Numbered from the stretch's first letter, positions 1 through 11,026 are shown. The stretch: 64,000 bases of DNA from an uncultured Acidimicrobiia bacterium (GCA_963836205.1 CAWIIV010000014.1:1-64000); one strand, 5' to 3'. Made by a program: numbers and translations. Notes: a model not told the origin generated them from the letters alone.

Positions 1-2685
1 GACCCGCCAGCTCCCCCACGTCGACCCGGCCCTGACCCGGGAGTGGCTCGACTCGCTCGACGACGTCGTCGACGCCCACGGGCCGGGCGCGGCCCGTGTC
101 CTGGTCGGCCGCCTGCTCGAACGGGCGGGCGGGCAGGAGGTCTCGACCCCCTACGTCAACACCATCGCCGCCGCCGACCAGCCCGTCTACCCGGGCGACG
201 TCGAGGCCGAGGCCCACATCGAAGCCCTCGTCCGGTGGAACACGGCCGCCATGGTGACCCGGGCCAACCTGCGCTCCGACGGCATCGGCGGCCACCTGTC
301 GACGCCGGCGTCGGCCTGCAGCCTCTACGAGATGGGCTACAACCACTTCTTCCGGGGCCGGGAGGACCGCTCCAACGGGGGGCCGCCCGGCGACCAGGTC
401 TTCTTCCAGGGCCACGCCACCCCCGGGATCTATGCCCGGGCCTTCCTCGAGGGCCGGCTGGGCGAGGACCAGGTCGACCGCTTCCGGCGTGAGGTCGGTG
501 CAATGGTCGCCTCGGAGGCGGCCTGTCGAGCTACCCCCACCCCCGGCTGATGCCCGAGTTCTGGGAGTTCCCCACCGTCTCCATGGGGCTCGGGCCGATC
601 AACGCCATCTACCAGGCCCGTTTCAACCGCTACCTCGCCGCACCGCGGCATCGTCGACACCAGCCGGTCGCACGTGTGGTGCTTCATGGGCGACGGCGAG
701 TGCGACGAGCCCGAGTCCCTCGGCGCCCTCTCGATCGCCGCCCGGGAGGGCCTCGACAACCTGGTGTTCGTGGTCAACTGCAACCTGCAGCGCCTCGACG
801 GCCCGGTGCGGGGCAACGGCAAGGTCATCCAGGAGCTCGAGTCGGTGTTCCGGGGCGCGGGCTGGAACGTGGTCAAGGTCATCTGGGACTCCCGGTGGGA
901 CGACGTGCTGGCCAACGACATCGACGGGGCGCTGGTCGACCGCATGAACGTCACCCTCGACGGCGAGTTCCAGAAGTACGCGGTGGAGGGCGGGGCCTAC
1001 GCCCGGGAACACTTCTTCGGCGGCGACGCCCGCCTGCTGCGATGGTCGAGCACCTGGCCGACAACGCGCCCCTCCTCACGCTGCCCCGGGGCGGCCACGA
1101 CCGGGCCAAGCTCTACGCGGCCTACGCCGCGGCCGTGGCCCACGAGGGCTCGCCCACGGTGATCCTGGCCAAGACGGTCAAGGGCGCCGGCCTGGGCCCG
1201 GAGATCGAGTCCCGCAACGCGGCCCACCAGATCAAGAAGATCGGCCAGCCGGAGCTGGCCGCCCTGCGCGACCGCTCGGCCTCACCGACCAGGTGCCGGA
1301 CGAGGCCCTCGCTGCCGGGCTACCCCCCTACCTCCGCCTGGCCGAGGGCTCGCCGGAGGACGACTACCTCCGAGGCCGCCGCCGCCCCTCGGGGGCGCCG
1401 TCCCCCGCCGGCTGGTCGCGGCCAACCCGCCCGGCCAGCCGGCCCCGGCCGTGTTCGACGACCTCCTCGGCGGCTCCGGCGACCGGGCGGTCTCCACCAC
1501 CATGGCCTTCGCCCGCCTGCTGCGGTCCCTGCTGCGCGACGCCACCGTCGGGCGGCGGATCGTCCCCATCATCCCCGACGAGGCCCGCACCTTCGGGCTC
1601 GACTCGCTCTTCGGCGAGGTCGGGATCTACGCCCCCGGCGGCCAGCGCTACGAGCCGGTCGACGGGGCATGCAGCTCGCCTACCGGGAGAGCGCGGAGGG
1701 CCAGATCCTGGAGGAGGGCATCTCCGAGGCGGGGGCGATGGCGTCGTTCACCGCCGCCGGCACCGCCTACGCCACGTGGGGCGAGCCCATGATCCCCTTC
1801 TACGTCTTCTACTCGATGTTCGGCTTCCAGCGGGTGGGCGACGCATGTGGGCCTTCGGCGACATGCGGGGCCGGGGCTTCCTCCTGGGCGCGACCGCCGG
1901 CCGGACCACCCTCAACGGCGAGGGCCTCCAGCACCAGGACGGGCACAGCCTGCTGCTGGCGTCGACCGTCCCCAACCTGGCCGCCTACGACCCCGCCTTC
2001 GCCTACGAGGTGGCCACCATCGTCCGCGACGGCATGGCCCGCATGTACGGCGACGACCCGGAGGACGTCTTCTACTACCTGACCCTCTACAACGAGAACT
2101 ACCCGATGCCGGCCATGCCGGGCCCCGGAGCTCGAGGACGGGATCCTCCAGGGGCTGTACCGCTTCGCGGCGGCGCCCGACGGGCCGTCGCGACCGGCGG
2201 TCATCCTGTTCAGCGGCACCGCCCAGGGCGCGGCCCGGGAGGCGCAGCAGCTGCTGGCCGACGAGCACGACGTGGCCGCCGAGCTGTGGAGCGTCACGTC
2301 CTACAAGGCCCTGCGGGAGGACGCCCTGGCCGCGGTCCGGTGGAACCGGCTGCACCCCACCGAGCTGTCCCGCACGCCCTACGTCACCGAGGCCCTGTCG
2401 GGAACCCAGGGGCCGTTCGTGGCCGTCACCGACTTCATGAAGGCGGTGCCCGACCAGGTGGCCAGGTGGGTCCCGGGCCACCTGGTCACCCTGGGCACCG
2501 ACGGCTACGGGCGGTCGGACTCCCGGCCCGCCCTCCGCCGGCACTTCGAGACCGACACCGCCCACGTGGTGGTGGCCGTGCTCGCCGCCCTGGCCGACAC
2601 CGACGACGCCAAGCCGGAAGAGGTGGCCGACGCCATCGCCCGCTACGGCCTCGACCCCGACGCGGTCGAGCCGAGGGTGGCGTGA
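1..2685 (+). CDS. aceE: Pyruvate dehydrogenase E1, homodimeric type (5'-truncated by window edge; several apparent frameshifts)
   Basis: Fragments in alternating frames carry [41 protein letters not shown] (TPP motif), [25 protein letters not shown] and [10 protein letters not shown]. Confidence 0.93.
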
Positions 2686-3567
2686 CGGCCGCCGCGGATC
2701 CCGCGATCCAGCGGGTCGGGGTCGTCGGCTGCGGGCTCATGGGATCGGGCATCGCCGAGGTGTGCGCCCGGGCCGGGCTCGACGTGGTGGTGCGGGAGGT
2801 CGACACCGACGCGGTGGCCGCGGGGAAGGCCCGAATCGTCAAGTCCCTGGAACGGGCCCGGCGCAAGGGCAAGCTGTCCGACGAGGATGCCGTCGCCGCC
2901 CTCGCCCGGATCCGGTTCACCACCGACTTCGCCGACCTGGCCGACCGCCAGCTGGTGCTGGAGGCGGTGTCGGAGTCGGAGCCGCTCAAGCTGGAGGTCT
3001 TCTCCACCCTCGACAAGGTGGTGGCCGACGACGCCATCCTGGCGTCGAACACGTCGGCCATCCCCATCATGAAGCTGGCCATGGCCACCGGCCGGCCGGA
3101 GCAGGTGGTGGGCCTGCACTTCTTCAGCCCGGTGCCGGTGCTGACCCTGGTGGAACTGGTGTCGTCGCTGCTCACCAGCGAGGAGACGGCCGCCGCCACC
3201 CAGGCCTTCGCCGAGGACGTGCTGGGCAAGCGGGTCATCCGGGCCAAGGACCGGGCCGGGTTCATCGTCAACGCCCTGCTCATCCCCTACCTGATCTCGG
3301 CCATCCGCATGCTCGAGTCGGGCTTCGCCACCGCCGAGGACATCGACCACGGGCATGGTGCTGGGCTGCAACCACCCCATGGGCCCGCTGGCCCTGGCCG
3401 ACTTCATCGGCCTCGACACGACCATGGCCGCGGCCGAGAGCCTGTACGAGGAGTTCAAGGAGCCGCTGTTCGCCCCCCCGCCGTTGCTCTCCCGCATGGT
3501 CGAGGCCGGCCTCCTGGGACGCAAGACCGGCCGCGGCTTCTACGTCCACAACGGCCAATGGCCATGA
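2682..3567 (+). CDS. 3-hydroxybutyryl-CoA dehydrogenase (one apparent frameshift near 3350)
   Basis: [14 protein letters not shown] Rossmann motif, [37 protein letters not shown]; GTGA overlap with the aceE stop. Confidence 0.9.
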
Positions 3568-3589
3568 TCGGGGCCATGATCGGGGGGCC

Positions 3590-3724
3590 ATGAAGGTGAT
3601 CACCCGGCTGCTGGCACGGGTCCCCTTCCGCAGTCGGCGCCGGCCCGAGCCGCGGGACGAGCTGGATTCCCTGGAGGAGATCTACGAGCTCCTGGCCCAG
3701 ACGGGCGAGGTACCCGTCTCCTAG
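3590..3724 (+). CDS. Small hypothetical protein (44 aa)
   Basis: ATG..TAG with GC-rich third positions: [44 protein letters not shown]. Confidence 0.4.
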   Translation: MKVITRLLARVPFRSRRRPEPRDELDSLEEIYELLAQTGEVPVS

Positions 3725-3735
3725 GACGAGCCCGA

Positions 3736-3760
3736 GTCCGAATGCCCGGCGCATTCGGAC
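3736..3760. terminator. Perfect 10-bp hairpin downstream of tRNA-Glu
   Basis: GTCCGAATGC-ccggc-GCATTCGGAC between convergent units. Confidence 0.6.
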
Positions 3761-3767
3761 CGGTGAC

Positions 3768-3843
3768 TGGCAGCCCCAACGGGATTCGAACCCGTGTCTG
3801 AACCTTGAGAGGGTCCTGTCCTAGGCCTCTAGACGATGGGGCC
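3768..3843 (-). tRNA. tRNA-Glu(CTC)
   Basis: Reverse complement GGCCCCATCGTCTAGAGGCCTAGGACAGGACCCTCTCAAGGTTCAGACACGGGTTCGAATCCCGTTGGGGCTGCCA; cloverleaf, TTCGA T-loop, encoded CCA. Confidence 0.97.
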
Positions 3844-3980
3844 CCGGTGGCACGCGGCAATGGCCTGACCACGGGCGTTCCACTCTACAGGCTGGCCAAC
3901 GGCGATCGGCGGGCTCGGACCGGGTTGAGCCCGCCGGTGGCTCGCAGCTCGTGGAGAGAGGGGCATCCTTGCGGAACGAT

Positions 3981-4055
3981 TGGCTCGGGGGGGAGGACTC
4001 GAACCCCCAATGACAGGGCCAGAACCTGTTGTGTTGCCGATTACACCACCCCCGA
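3981..4055 (-). tRNA. tRNA-Gln(CTG)
   Basis: Reverse complement TCGGGGGTGGTGTAATCGGCAACACAACAGGTTCTGGCCCTGTCATTGGGGGTTCGAGTCCTCCCCCCCGAGCCA; anticodon arm ACAGG-TTCTGGC-CCTGT. Confidence 0.97.
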
Positions 4056-4074
4056 AGGGCACCGCGAGCCTACC

Positions 4075-4698
4075 TCACGGCTTGTCCAGCACCACCCGTT
4101 CCACGTTGGCCTGGCGCCGGAACCCGATGATCCGACCGAGCGCGACCGCCACCGTTTCCCTGGCCATGTAGCCCACCTCGGTCATGCCGGCGATGGGGCT
4201 GGTGCGGGTGGGTGACGAGTGGGCGTCGAGTCCCAGCTCGTCGGCCATGGCCGTGATGCGCAGCGAGTGGAACGGGTCGGACACGAGCAGGACCTCGTCG
4301 ATGTCGCGCTCGGCGAGGAACTCCGACACCGCCGCCAGCGACTGCCACGACGACGTGCCCGACACCTCCCGCAGCACGTCCTCATCGGGGACCCCCCGCT
4401 CCAACAGGTAGTCGGCCGACGCCGCCGCCTCGGTGAAGCGGTCGCCGGGCTGGTTGCCGCCGGTGACCACCACCACCGGCGCCAGGTCCTGCTCGTAGAG
4501 CTCGATGGCGTGGTCGAGGCGGGCGGCGAGCACCGGCGACGGCTCGCCGTCGTACTGGGCGGTGCCGAACACGACGATGGCCTCGGCCGGCTGGGCATCG
4601 TCGCGGCGGGCGGCCCGGTAGACCTGGGCGAAGGTGACGGCCAGGTACAGCACGCCGGCCACGACCAGGCCGGCCACGACCTTGATCGCCAGCTTCAC
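4075..4698 (-). CDS. YdcF/SanA (DUF218) family protein
   Basis: N-terminal TM helix, AIVVFGTA..SPVLAARLDHAIELY, VVVTGG, VSDPFHSLR; start uncertain. Confidence 0.85.
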   Translation of the reverse strand: MKLAIKVVAGLVVAGVLYLAVTFAQVYRAARRDDAQPAEAIVVFGTAQYDGEPSPVLAARLDHAIELYEQDLAPVVVVTGGNQPGDRFTEAAASADYLLERGVPDEDVLREVSGTSSWQSLAAVSEFLAERDIDEVLLVSDPFHSLRITAMADELGLDAHSSPTRTSPIAGMTEVGYMARETVAVALGRIIGFRRQANVERVVLDKP

Positions 4699-4729
4699 CG
4701 CCGGGTAGGCCAGGATCACGTCCTCCCCG

Positions 4730-6136
4730 TCATGAATCCGGGAGCGTCGCCAACGCCGCATGCATCCGTTCGAGTGTGCGCTCCCGTCCCAGTGCGGTCA
4801 ACGACTCGAACAGCGGCGGCCCCACCGTCCGCCCGGTGACCGCCACCCGGATGGGCGCCTGGGCCTTGCCCAGCTTCAAGCCGTGGACTTCCCCGACGGC
4901 GAGGGTGGCTTGGTAGAGGGCCGGGGTCGCCCACTCGGCCAGGGCGGCGTAAGCGGCGGCGGCCTCCTCCAGCACCGCGGCCCCGTCCTTGGCCTTCACC
5001 ACCGCCTTCTCCCAGGCGCCGGGGTCTATCTCGGGCTGGTCGAGGAACAGGAAGTCGACCATCGCCGGCACCTCCGACAGCGTCCGCACCCGCTCCTGCA
5101 CGTGGGGCGCGATGGCCTCGAAGACGGCGAGGTCGAAGTTCTCGGGCGGCCACGGGGGGTCGGCCTCCAGCCACGGCAGGGCGTCCCGGACGAAGGTGTG
5201 CACGGGCAACGCCCGGATGTATTCGGCGTTGACGTGGTCGAGCTTCTGCACGTCGAAGAACGCCGGCGACGGCCGCACGTCCTCCAGGCGGAACTCCTCC
5301 ACCATCTCCCCCACCGGCAGGATCTCCTTGCCGCTGGGCGGCCCCCACCCGAGCAGGGCCAGGTAGTTGCGCATGGCCTCGGGCAGGTAGCCCCTCTCCC
5401 GGAACTCCTCCAGGGCCACGTCGTCGCGGCGCTTCGACAGCTTCTGGCGCTTCTCGTTGACGATCACCGGCAGGTGGCCGTAGAGGGGGTCGTCGGCCGG
5501 GTCGTAGCCGAGGGCGTGGCGGAGGAGGAGGACCTTGGGGGTCGACGACAGGAGGTCCTCGCCCCGCAGGACGTGGGTGATCCGCATGTCGGCGTCGTCG
5601 ACCGCGTTGGCCAGGATGAACATGGGCTCCCCACCCGCCCGGAGGACCACGAAGTCCTCCAGGTTCTCGTTCTCGAACACCACGTCGCCCCGGATGACAT
5701 CGTGGACGACGGTCTCCCCGGCGTCGGGGGTGCGGAAACGCAGGGCCCGACCGGGACCGGGACCGAGGCCGAGGGCGCGGCAGAACCCGTCGTAGCCGCC
5801 GGACGGGTTGCGGGCGGCGATTTCGTCCTTGGTGCAGTCGCAGTAGTAGGCGGCCCTGTCGGCCACCAGGCGGTCGGCCGCGGCCGCGTACAGGTGCATA
5901 CGCTGCGACTGGCGGTAGGGGCCCTCGTCCCAGTCGAGTCCGAGCCACTTCAGCGACCGCTCGATACCCTCGACGAGGTCGTCACGGGAGCGCTCGGGGT
6001 CGGTGTCCTCGATGCGGAGGACGAACGTGCCGCCCACGTGACGGGCGTACAGCCAGTTGAAGAGGGCCGCCCGGGCGCTGCCGACGTGCAGAAAACCAGT
6101 GGGCGCGGGGGCGAAGCGCACCCTAACGTCGGTCAT
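4730..6136 (-). CDS. gltX: Glutamate--tRNA ligase
   Basis: [13 protein letters not shown] (HIGH), LRIEDTD, KLSKR; next to tRNA-Gln/Glu. Confidence 0.97.
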   Translation of the reverse strand: MTDVRVRFAPAPTGFLHVGSARAALFNWLYARHVGGTFVLRIEDTDPERSRDDLVEGIERSLKWLGLDWDEGPYRQSQRMHLYAAAADRLVADRAAYYCDCTKDEIAARNPSGGYDGFCRALGLGPGPGRALRFRTPDAGETVVHDVIRGDVVFENENLEDFVVLRAGGEPMFILANAVDDADMRITHVLRGEDLLSSTPKVLLLRHALGYDPADDPLYGHLPVIVNEKRQKLSKRRDDVALEEFRERGYLPEAMRNYLALLGWGPPSGKEILPVGEMVEEFRLEDVRPSPAFFDVQKLDHVNAEYIRALPVHTFVRDALPWLEADPPWPPENFDLAVFEAIAPHVQERVRTLSEVPAMVDFLFLDQPEIDPGAWEKAVVKAKDGAAVLEEAAAAYAALAEWATPALYQATLAVGEVHGLKLGKAQAPIRVAVTGRTVGPPLFESLTALGRERTLERMHAALATLPDS

Positions 6137-6168
6137 AGCGGCCACGGTAGGCCACTACCCTCCGAACG

Positions 6169-7578
6169 ATGGCAAAGGCGCCGGTGCTCACCCCCCAGTC
6201 CGAGGACTTCCCCAAGTGGTACCAGGACGTGGTGGCCAAGGCGGAGATGGCCGAGAACGGGCCGGTGCGGGGCACCATGGTGATCCGTCCCTACGGCTAC
6301 GCCATCTGGGAGCGGATGCAGCGTGAGCTCGACGACCGCATCAAGGCGGCCGGGGCCAAGAACGCCTACTTCCCCCTGTTCATCCCCGAGTCCTACCTGC
6401 GCCGGGAGGCCCAGCACGTGGAGGGCTTCAGCCCCGAGCTGGCCGTCGTCACCCACGGCGGGGGCAAGGAGTTGGAGGAGCCGGTGGTGGTACGGCCCAC
6501 CAGCGAGACGATCATCAACGTCTTCTTCGCCAAGTGGATCCAGAGCTACCGCGACCTGCCCCTCCTCATCAACCAGTGGGCCAACGTCGTGCGTTGGGAG
6601 CTGCGGCCCCGGATCTTCCTGCGCACCACCGAGTTTCTCTGGCAGGAGGGCCACACCGCCCACGCCACCCAGTCCGACGCCCGGGACTACGCCCTGCGGA
6701 TACTGCATGGGGTGTACGAGGACTTCGCCCGGGAGGTGCTCGCCTTCCCCGTGGTGGTCGGGCGCAAGACGGAGCGGGAGCGGTTCGCAGGGGCCGACGC
6801 CACCTACACCATCGAGGGGATGATGGGCGACGGCAAGGCCCTGCAGATGGGCACCAGCCACGAGCTGGGGCAGAACTTCGCCAAGGCCTTCGACATCACG
6901 TTCCAGTCCGACAGCGGGACGGCGGAGCACGCCTGGCAGACGTCGTGGGGGGTGTCGACCCGCCTGGTGGGGGCGCTGATCATGGGCCACGGCGACGACT
7001 CGGGGCTGCGGGTGCCCCCACGCCTGGCCCCGATCCAGGCCGTCATCCTCCTGGTGCGCGACGAGGACGGGGCCGGCGAGCGGGCGGCGTCGTTGGCCGC
7101 CGAGCTGCGGGGCGCCGGGGTGCGGGTGGAACTCGACGACCGGGTGGCAACCGGGTTCGGTCGGCGGGCGGTGGAGTGGGAGGTCAAGGGCGTGCCCGTG
7201 CGCATCGAGGTCGGGCCCCGTGACCTGGCCGCGGGCACGGCCACCCTCGTGCGGCGGGACGAGCCGGGCAAGCTGCCGGTGTCGCTCGACGGGCTGGCCG
7301 CCACCGTCGTCCGGGTGCTCGGCGAGATCCAGGCCTCGCTCCTGCGTCAGGCCCAGGAGCGGCGGGAGTCCCGCACGTCGTCGGCGTCGACGCTGGCCGA
7401 GGCCAAGGAGGCGGCCGCGTCCGGGTTCGTGCGGGTGCCGTGGGACGAGGTCCGGGGCCACGAGGACGAGCTGGCGAAGGACGCGGTGAGCGTCCGCTGC
7501 CTGCTACGGGCCGACGGCGGCGTGCCCGAGTCGTCGGCCGAGCCCGACCTCGTCGCCATCGTGGCCAAGGCCTACTGA
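6169..7578 (+). CDS. proS: Proline--tRNA ligase (eukaryote/archaeal-like type)
   Basis: RPTSET, QWANVVRWE, FLRTTEFLWQEGH, C-terminal AKAY. Confidence 0.96.
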   Translation: MAKAPVLTPQSEDFPKWYQDVVAKAEMAENGPVRGTMVIRPYGYAIWERMQRELDDRIKAAGAKNAYFPLFIPESYLRREAQHVEGFSPELAVVTHGGGKELEEPVVVRPTSETIINVFFAKWIQSYRDLPLLINQWANVVRWELRPRIFLRTTEFLWQEGHTAHATQSDARDYALRILHGVYEDFAREVLAFPVVVGRKTERERFAGADATYTIEGMMGDGKALQMGTSHELGQNFAKAFDITFQSDSGTAEHAWQTSWGVSTRLVGALIMGHGDDSGLRVPPRLAPIQAVILLVRDEDGAGERAASLAAELRGAGVRVELDDRVATGFGRRAVEWEVKGVPVRIEVGPRDLAAGTATLVRRDEPGKLPVSLDGLAATVVRVLGEIQASLLRQAQERRESRTSSASTLAEAKEAAASGFVRVPWDEVRGHEDELAKDAVSVRCLLRADGGVPESSAEPDLVAIVAKAY

Positions 7579-8729
7579 CGCCGGCCGGGGAAGGGCCAGA
7601 CACCGACGGTGGCCATGAGCGCCACCAGGTGGGAAAGGGCCACCGCCGCCAGGCAGAGGGCGGCGCCGACCACCACCGCGGTGGGAAGTGGGTCCTTCGG
7701 CCAGGGATCGGTGAGCCGTACGGAGAAGGTCCACTCGAGGTCGAGCGCCACCGGGCTGGCGCTGATCAGGAGGAGCTCGTCCGACAACGACCCGCCGAGG
7801 CGAGGGTCGACGGGCGGCATCGTCCCACCGATCCGGGCCGATCCCCGGCCGTCGAGCCGGAGCAGGCGGCCGCTGTCCCGATGGACGAGTCCCTCCTGGG
7901 TGATCGCCATCGGCCCTGTCATGTCGACCGTCGGCTGGTAGACCGCGGACCAGTAGGGGGACGGGACGCTACAGAAGTCGAGCAGGAAGAAGAGGCAGCC
8001 GAGGGGCGGTTCGGTGTACACGAGGCTCGGGGCGGGTCCGGTGCCGATCTCGACCGACACCGGCGCCTGGCCCGCCAGGGTGCCGACGTAACGCGAGACC
8101 GCCCGCCCTTCGACGCGGTCGAAGGCGCTCAGGACCGAGGAGCCCCGGAGATCGAGTCGGCGGCTGGACCAGCCGGTGTCGATGACGGCGTACTCGGGGA
8201 TGGCGCCGCCCACGTCCGGCCGCTGCTTGGGCTCGGTCGGCGCCATCAGATGGGCCAGCAGGGCGAGGTCGGCCGCCCGCACCTGGCCTTCGGTGCCAAG
8301 CGCCCCACCGCCGAATTCGATCTCCCAGAGTGTCTCCCGGGGCGCGATGACGAGGTACCGGCCCCGCGCCGCCTCCCGCTCACCGTCGGCGTCGTGGCCG
8401 ACGGCGGTGGCTCGGTCGACTACCAGTGACACCCGGGTCAGCGCGCCGTCACTGGTCGACACGTGCTCGGTCAGCTCGAGGGTGAGTGACGTCGTCTCGG
8501 TGGCGACGGCGGCGGGAGCGCTTCCCCCCTTGCGGAGCTCGAGATCGATCCGGTAGTGGTGCTGGCCGTCGACGTAGCGGCGGGCATCCTCCAGGGGCAG
8601 GTACCGGACCGACGGCGGGTCGGAGACCGAGTACGTGCAGCCCGTTGCCGCCACGAGGAGGGCGACGGCCCAGGACCCTCGAGCTCGGCGACCACCCATG
8701 CTGTCCTGACTGACCCACGGATCAGTCAA
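7572..8729 (-). CDS. Hypothetical lipoprotein with C-terminal membrane anchor
   Basis: LLVAATGC lipobox-like motif and a hydrophobic C-terminal helix. Confidence 0.55.
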   Translation of the reverse strand: MTDPWVSQDSMGGRRARGSWAVALLVAATGCTYSVSDPPSVRYLPLEDARRYVDGQHHYRIDLELRKGGSAPAAVATETTSLTLELTEHVSTSDGALTRVSLVVDRATAVGHDADGEREAARGRYLVIAPRETLWEIEFGGGALGTEGQVRAADLALLAHLMAPTEPKQRPDVGGAIPEYAVIDTGWSSRRLDLRGSSVLSAFDRVEGRAVSRYVGTLAGQAPVSVEIGTGPAPSLVYTEPPLGCLFFLLDFCSVPSPYWSAVYQPTVDMTGPMAITQEGLVHRDSGRLLRLDGRGSARIGGTMPPVDPRLGGSLSDELLLISASPVALDLEWTFSVRLTDPWPKDPLPTAVVVGAALCLAAVALSHLVALMATVGVWPFPGRRQ

Positions 8730-8752
8730 TGGGTTTCAGGGGACCGGGCGGG

Positions 8753-9019
8753 TCAGGTGCCTCCGGTGCTCAGGGTGCCCTCGCCCGCGTTCGGGTCGAC
8801 GGGGGGGACGGTGCCGATGATCCCCGTGTTGGGGTCGTAGGGCACCGGTATCGTCGTCGTCTCGCCGGGGCCGGGCGGAAGGGTGGTGATCGTGGACGAG
8901 GTCGAGACGGTCGTCGACGTGGTCTCATCGTCGTCGCCCGACTGGGCCAACAGGACCAACCCCAGAGCGGCGACGGCCGCCACTGCGGCGGCCGCTATCC
9001 ATTTACGCATGGCGCTCAC
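8753..9019 (-). CDS. Small secreted/membrane Thr-rich hypothetical protein
   Basis: Signal-like N-terminus followed by a T/S-rich low-complexity tract. Confidence 0.6.
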   Translation of the reverse strand: MSAMRKWIAAAAVAAVAALGLVLLAQSGDDDETTSTTVSTSSTITTLPPGPGETTTIPVPYDPNTGIIGTVPPVDPNAGEGTLSTGGT

Positions 9020-9079
9020 CGTTCCCCACGCGTCCCGAGGGTACAGCGGCGCCGGAACTATGCCGCCGCGGTCGGCGGG

Positions 9080-9727
9080 TCATGCGCACTGCCCGAAGAA
9101 GTTGCGGGCGCCCATGGCGACGGCGAACCGGTCGGCGTAACACTCGTCCAGCTCGCCCGCGAATCCCGTGCGGGACGCCCACTGGTGGCCGCTCTCGTGC
9201 GCCCACACGTAATACATGAGCGACGCCGAGCTCTGACCCTCGGCGCCCAGGCCGATGTTCTTCGACGACTGGCCGGTGGTGCCGGGCGGGATGAACCGAG
9301 CCGACACATACGGCCCCGCGCCCTCGGGGCAGCTCACGCCCCTGGGTCCCATGCACGAGATCCCGTAGCTGAACCTCGTGCCACCGCCCCACCCGAGCCC
9401 GGGACACCGGCCACCGACGGGGCCGTTGAAGTACACGCCGAACAGGGCCGCGCCGGCACCGGTGCGCAGCCCGACCGACGGTCCCCAGACGTTCTCCGCG
9501 TAAAAGAAGGTGGCGTACAGGGCCGAGAGACACAGTTGGGCCTCTCCCCGGTGGCCCTGGCTGGCCCAGAAGCCCATGTAGGCGTCCATGACACCCTTGG
9601 CCGGGTAGTTGTCCTCGGCGGTGGCCGGCGACGGGGTGAGCGTGGCCGAACCCGTCAGCGACAGGACCATCACGACGAGGGCCGCGACGAGTCGCCGAAG
9701 CGGGAGCCGCCGAAGAGTGGGCTTCAT
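9080..9727 (-). CDS. Secreted zincin-like (HExxH) hypothetical protein
   Basis: Signal peptide; WAHESGH followed by ECYADRFA; purine-rich RBS GAAGGGAGAG. Confidence 0.6.
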   Translation of the reverse strand: MKPTLRRLPLRRLVAALVVMVLSLTGSATLTPSPATAEDNYPAKGVMDAYMGFWASQGHRGEAQLCLSALYATFFYAENVWGPSVGLRTGAGAALFGVYFNGPVGGRCPGLGWGGGTRFSYGISCMGPRGVSCPEGAGPYVSARFIPPGTTGQSSKNIGLGAEGQSSASLMYYVWAHESGHQWASRTGFAGELDECYADRFAVAMGARNFFGQCA

Positions 9728-9886
9728 CTCTCCCTTCGCCGTGTGTGTGGAGTCCGACGGGCGGTCGCCGAGGGCGAACCCGGGCAGTATCCACCCATCT
9801 GCGGTTCACCGCCATCCGGGCCGCCGATGAGTTCCGGCGCCGCCCTTCGTCTCAACGGGAGCCGACGACACGAGAGGACATTGGCC

Positions 9887-10372
9887 ATGGCGACGTTGAC
9901 CAAGATCACCCCCTGCCTGTGGTTCGACACCGAGGGCGAGGAGGCGGCGAAGTTCTACACCGGCATCTTCGAGAACTCCCGGATCGTCCACGTCGCCCAC
10001 TACGGTTCGGCCGGTCCCCGTCCCGCGGGCATGGTCATGATGGTCGACTTCGAGCTCGACGGGCAGAGCTTCCTCGCCCTCAATGGCGGGCCCGAGTTCA
10101 CCTTCGACGAGGCCATCTCGTTCCAGGTGAACTGCGAGTCGCAGGACGAGATCGACCGCTTCTGGAACGCGCTGTCCGACGGCGGTGAGGAGGGCCCCTG
10201 CGGCTGGCTGAAGGACAGGTTCGGCGTGTCGTGGCAGATCGTCCCCACCACGCTGATGAACGAGGTGCTGCGCGACCCCGACACCCAGAAGACCCAGCGG
10301 GTCATGGAAGCAGTGCTGGCCATGGGCAAGCTCGACATTGCCGAGCTGCAGCGTGCGGCCGACGCCGCCTGA
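9887..10372 (+). CDS. VOC/PhnB-like protein
   Basis: KITPCLWFD, FLALNGGP, CGWLKDRFGVSWQIVP. Confidence 0.92.
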   Translation: MATLTKITPCLWFDTEGEEAAKFYTGIFENSRIVHVAHYGSAGPRPAGMVMMVDFELDGQSFLALNGGPEFTFDEAISFQVNCESQDEIDRFWNALSDGGEEGPCGWLKDRFGVSWQIVPTTLMNEVLRDPDTQKTQRVMEAVLAMGKLDIAELQRAADAA

Positions 10373-10375
10373 GAA

Positions 10376-10726
10376 TCAGCCGCCGACCGTCAGCTCGACC
10401 TTCTCCTGGTAGAAGCACAGGAGGCCGGCGATCCGCTCGGCGCCCGGGATCGGCTTCGGGTAGCTCCAGACGACGTCCTCGTGGACCTTCCCTCCCACGA
10501 CCGCCGACCAGTACGACGCCTCGCCCTTGAACGGGCACGTGGTCCGGGTGGCAGTCGGCCGCAGGAAATCGGTGCGGACGTCGTCGGCAGGGAGGTAGTA
10601 CCGGGTGGGCAGGCCGGTCTCCTCGAGCAGGACCGGCCGATCGGACTCGGCCACCAACTCGCCGCCGACAGAGACCTCGACGTGGACGGCGGTCGGCGTG
10701 ATCGTGATCACGTGTCCTCGGGTCAT
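10376..10726 (-). CDS. DUF427 protein
   Basis: ETGLPTRYYLP, TTCPFKGEASY, VWSYP. Confidence 0.9.
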   Translation of the reverse strand: MTRGHVITITPTAVHVEVSVGGELVAESDRPVLLEETGLPTRYYLPADDVRTDFLRPTATRTTCPFKGEASYWSAVVGGKVHEDVVWSYPKPIPGAERIAGLLCFYQEKVELTVGG

Positions 10727-11016
10727 GGTCCGGTCGTCTCTTGTTCGCTCCACCACTTGCGGGCCGCCCGCTCGATGGCGTCGGGTACCCGTTGGCACTC
10801 GGGCGGGTCGGCCAGCTCCTCGGCGCAGTCGCCGCCCCACGCCAGGACGTGGTCGTCGGCGTCGACGACCAGTCCGAGGATCGTGCCGCCGCCGGCGAAC
10901 CAGAACAGCGGCTGGTACGGGTGACCGAGCTCGTCCCTGGGCAGTCCCCGCTCGGTCATCAGCAGGGAACCGACACCGGTCGCGGCGGGGTTCCATTCGA
11001 TCTCGTCGAGCGTCAC
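10723..11016 (-). CDS. Hypothetical protein
   Basis: ORF with ATGA overlap to the DUF427 gene and normal codon bias. Confidence 0.6.
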   Translation of the reverse strand: MTLDEIEWNPAATGVGSLLMTERGLPRDELGHPYQPLFWFAGGGTILGLVVDADDHVLAWGGDCAEELADPPECQRVPDAIERAARKWWSEQETTGP

Positions 11017-11026
11017 CGAAATAAGC

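Noticed and set aside
1-3567. Many frameshifts in aceE and the hydroxyacyl-CoA dehydrogenase as pseudogenisation or programmed frameshifting; apparent 766-aa fusion ORF at 1293-3593
   Set aside because: Catalytic motifs are intact and similar 1-2 bp indels recur across unrelated genes, which fits sequencing error; the long ORF is a frame artefact
3561-3594. GCCATGATCGGGG repeated about 2.5 times
   Set aside because: Too short; a simple local duplication with no evident function
9728-9886. Possible c-di-AMP (ydaO) riboswitch upstream of the secreted protein
   Set aside because: The conserved ydaO segments could not be matched; the GC-rich pairing is non-specific
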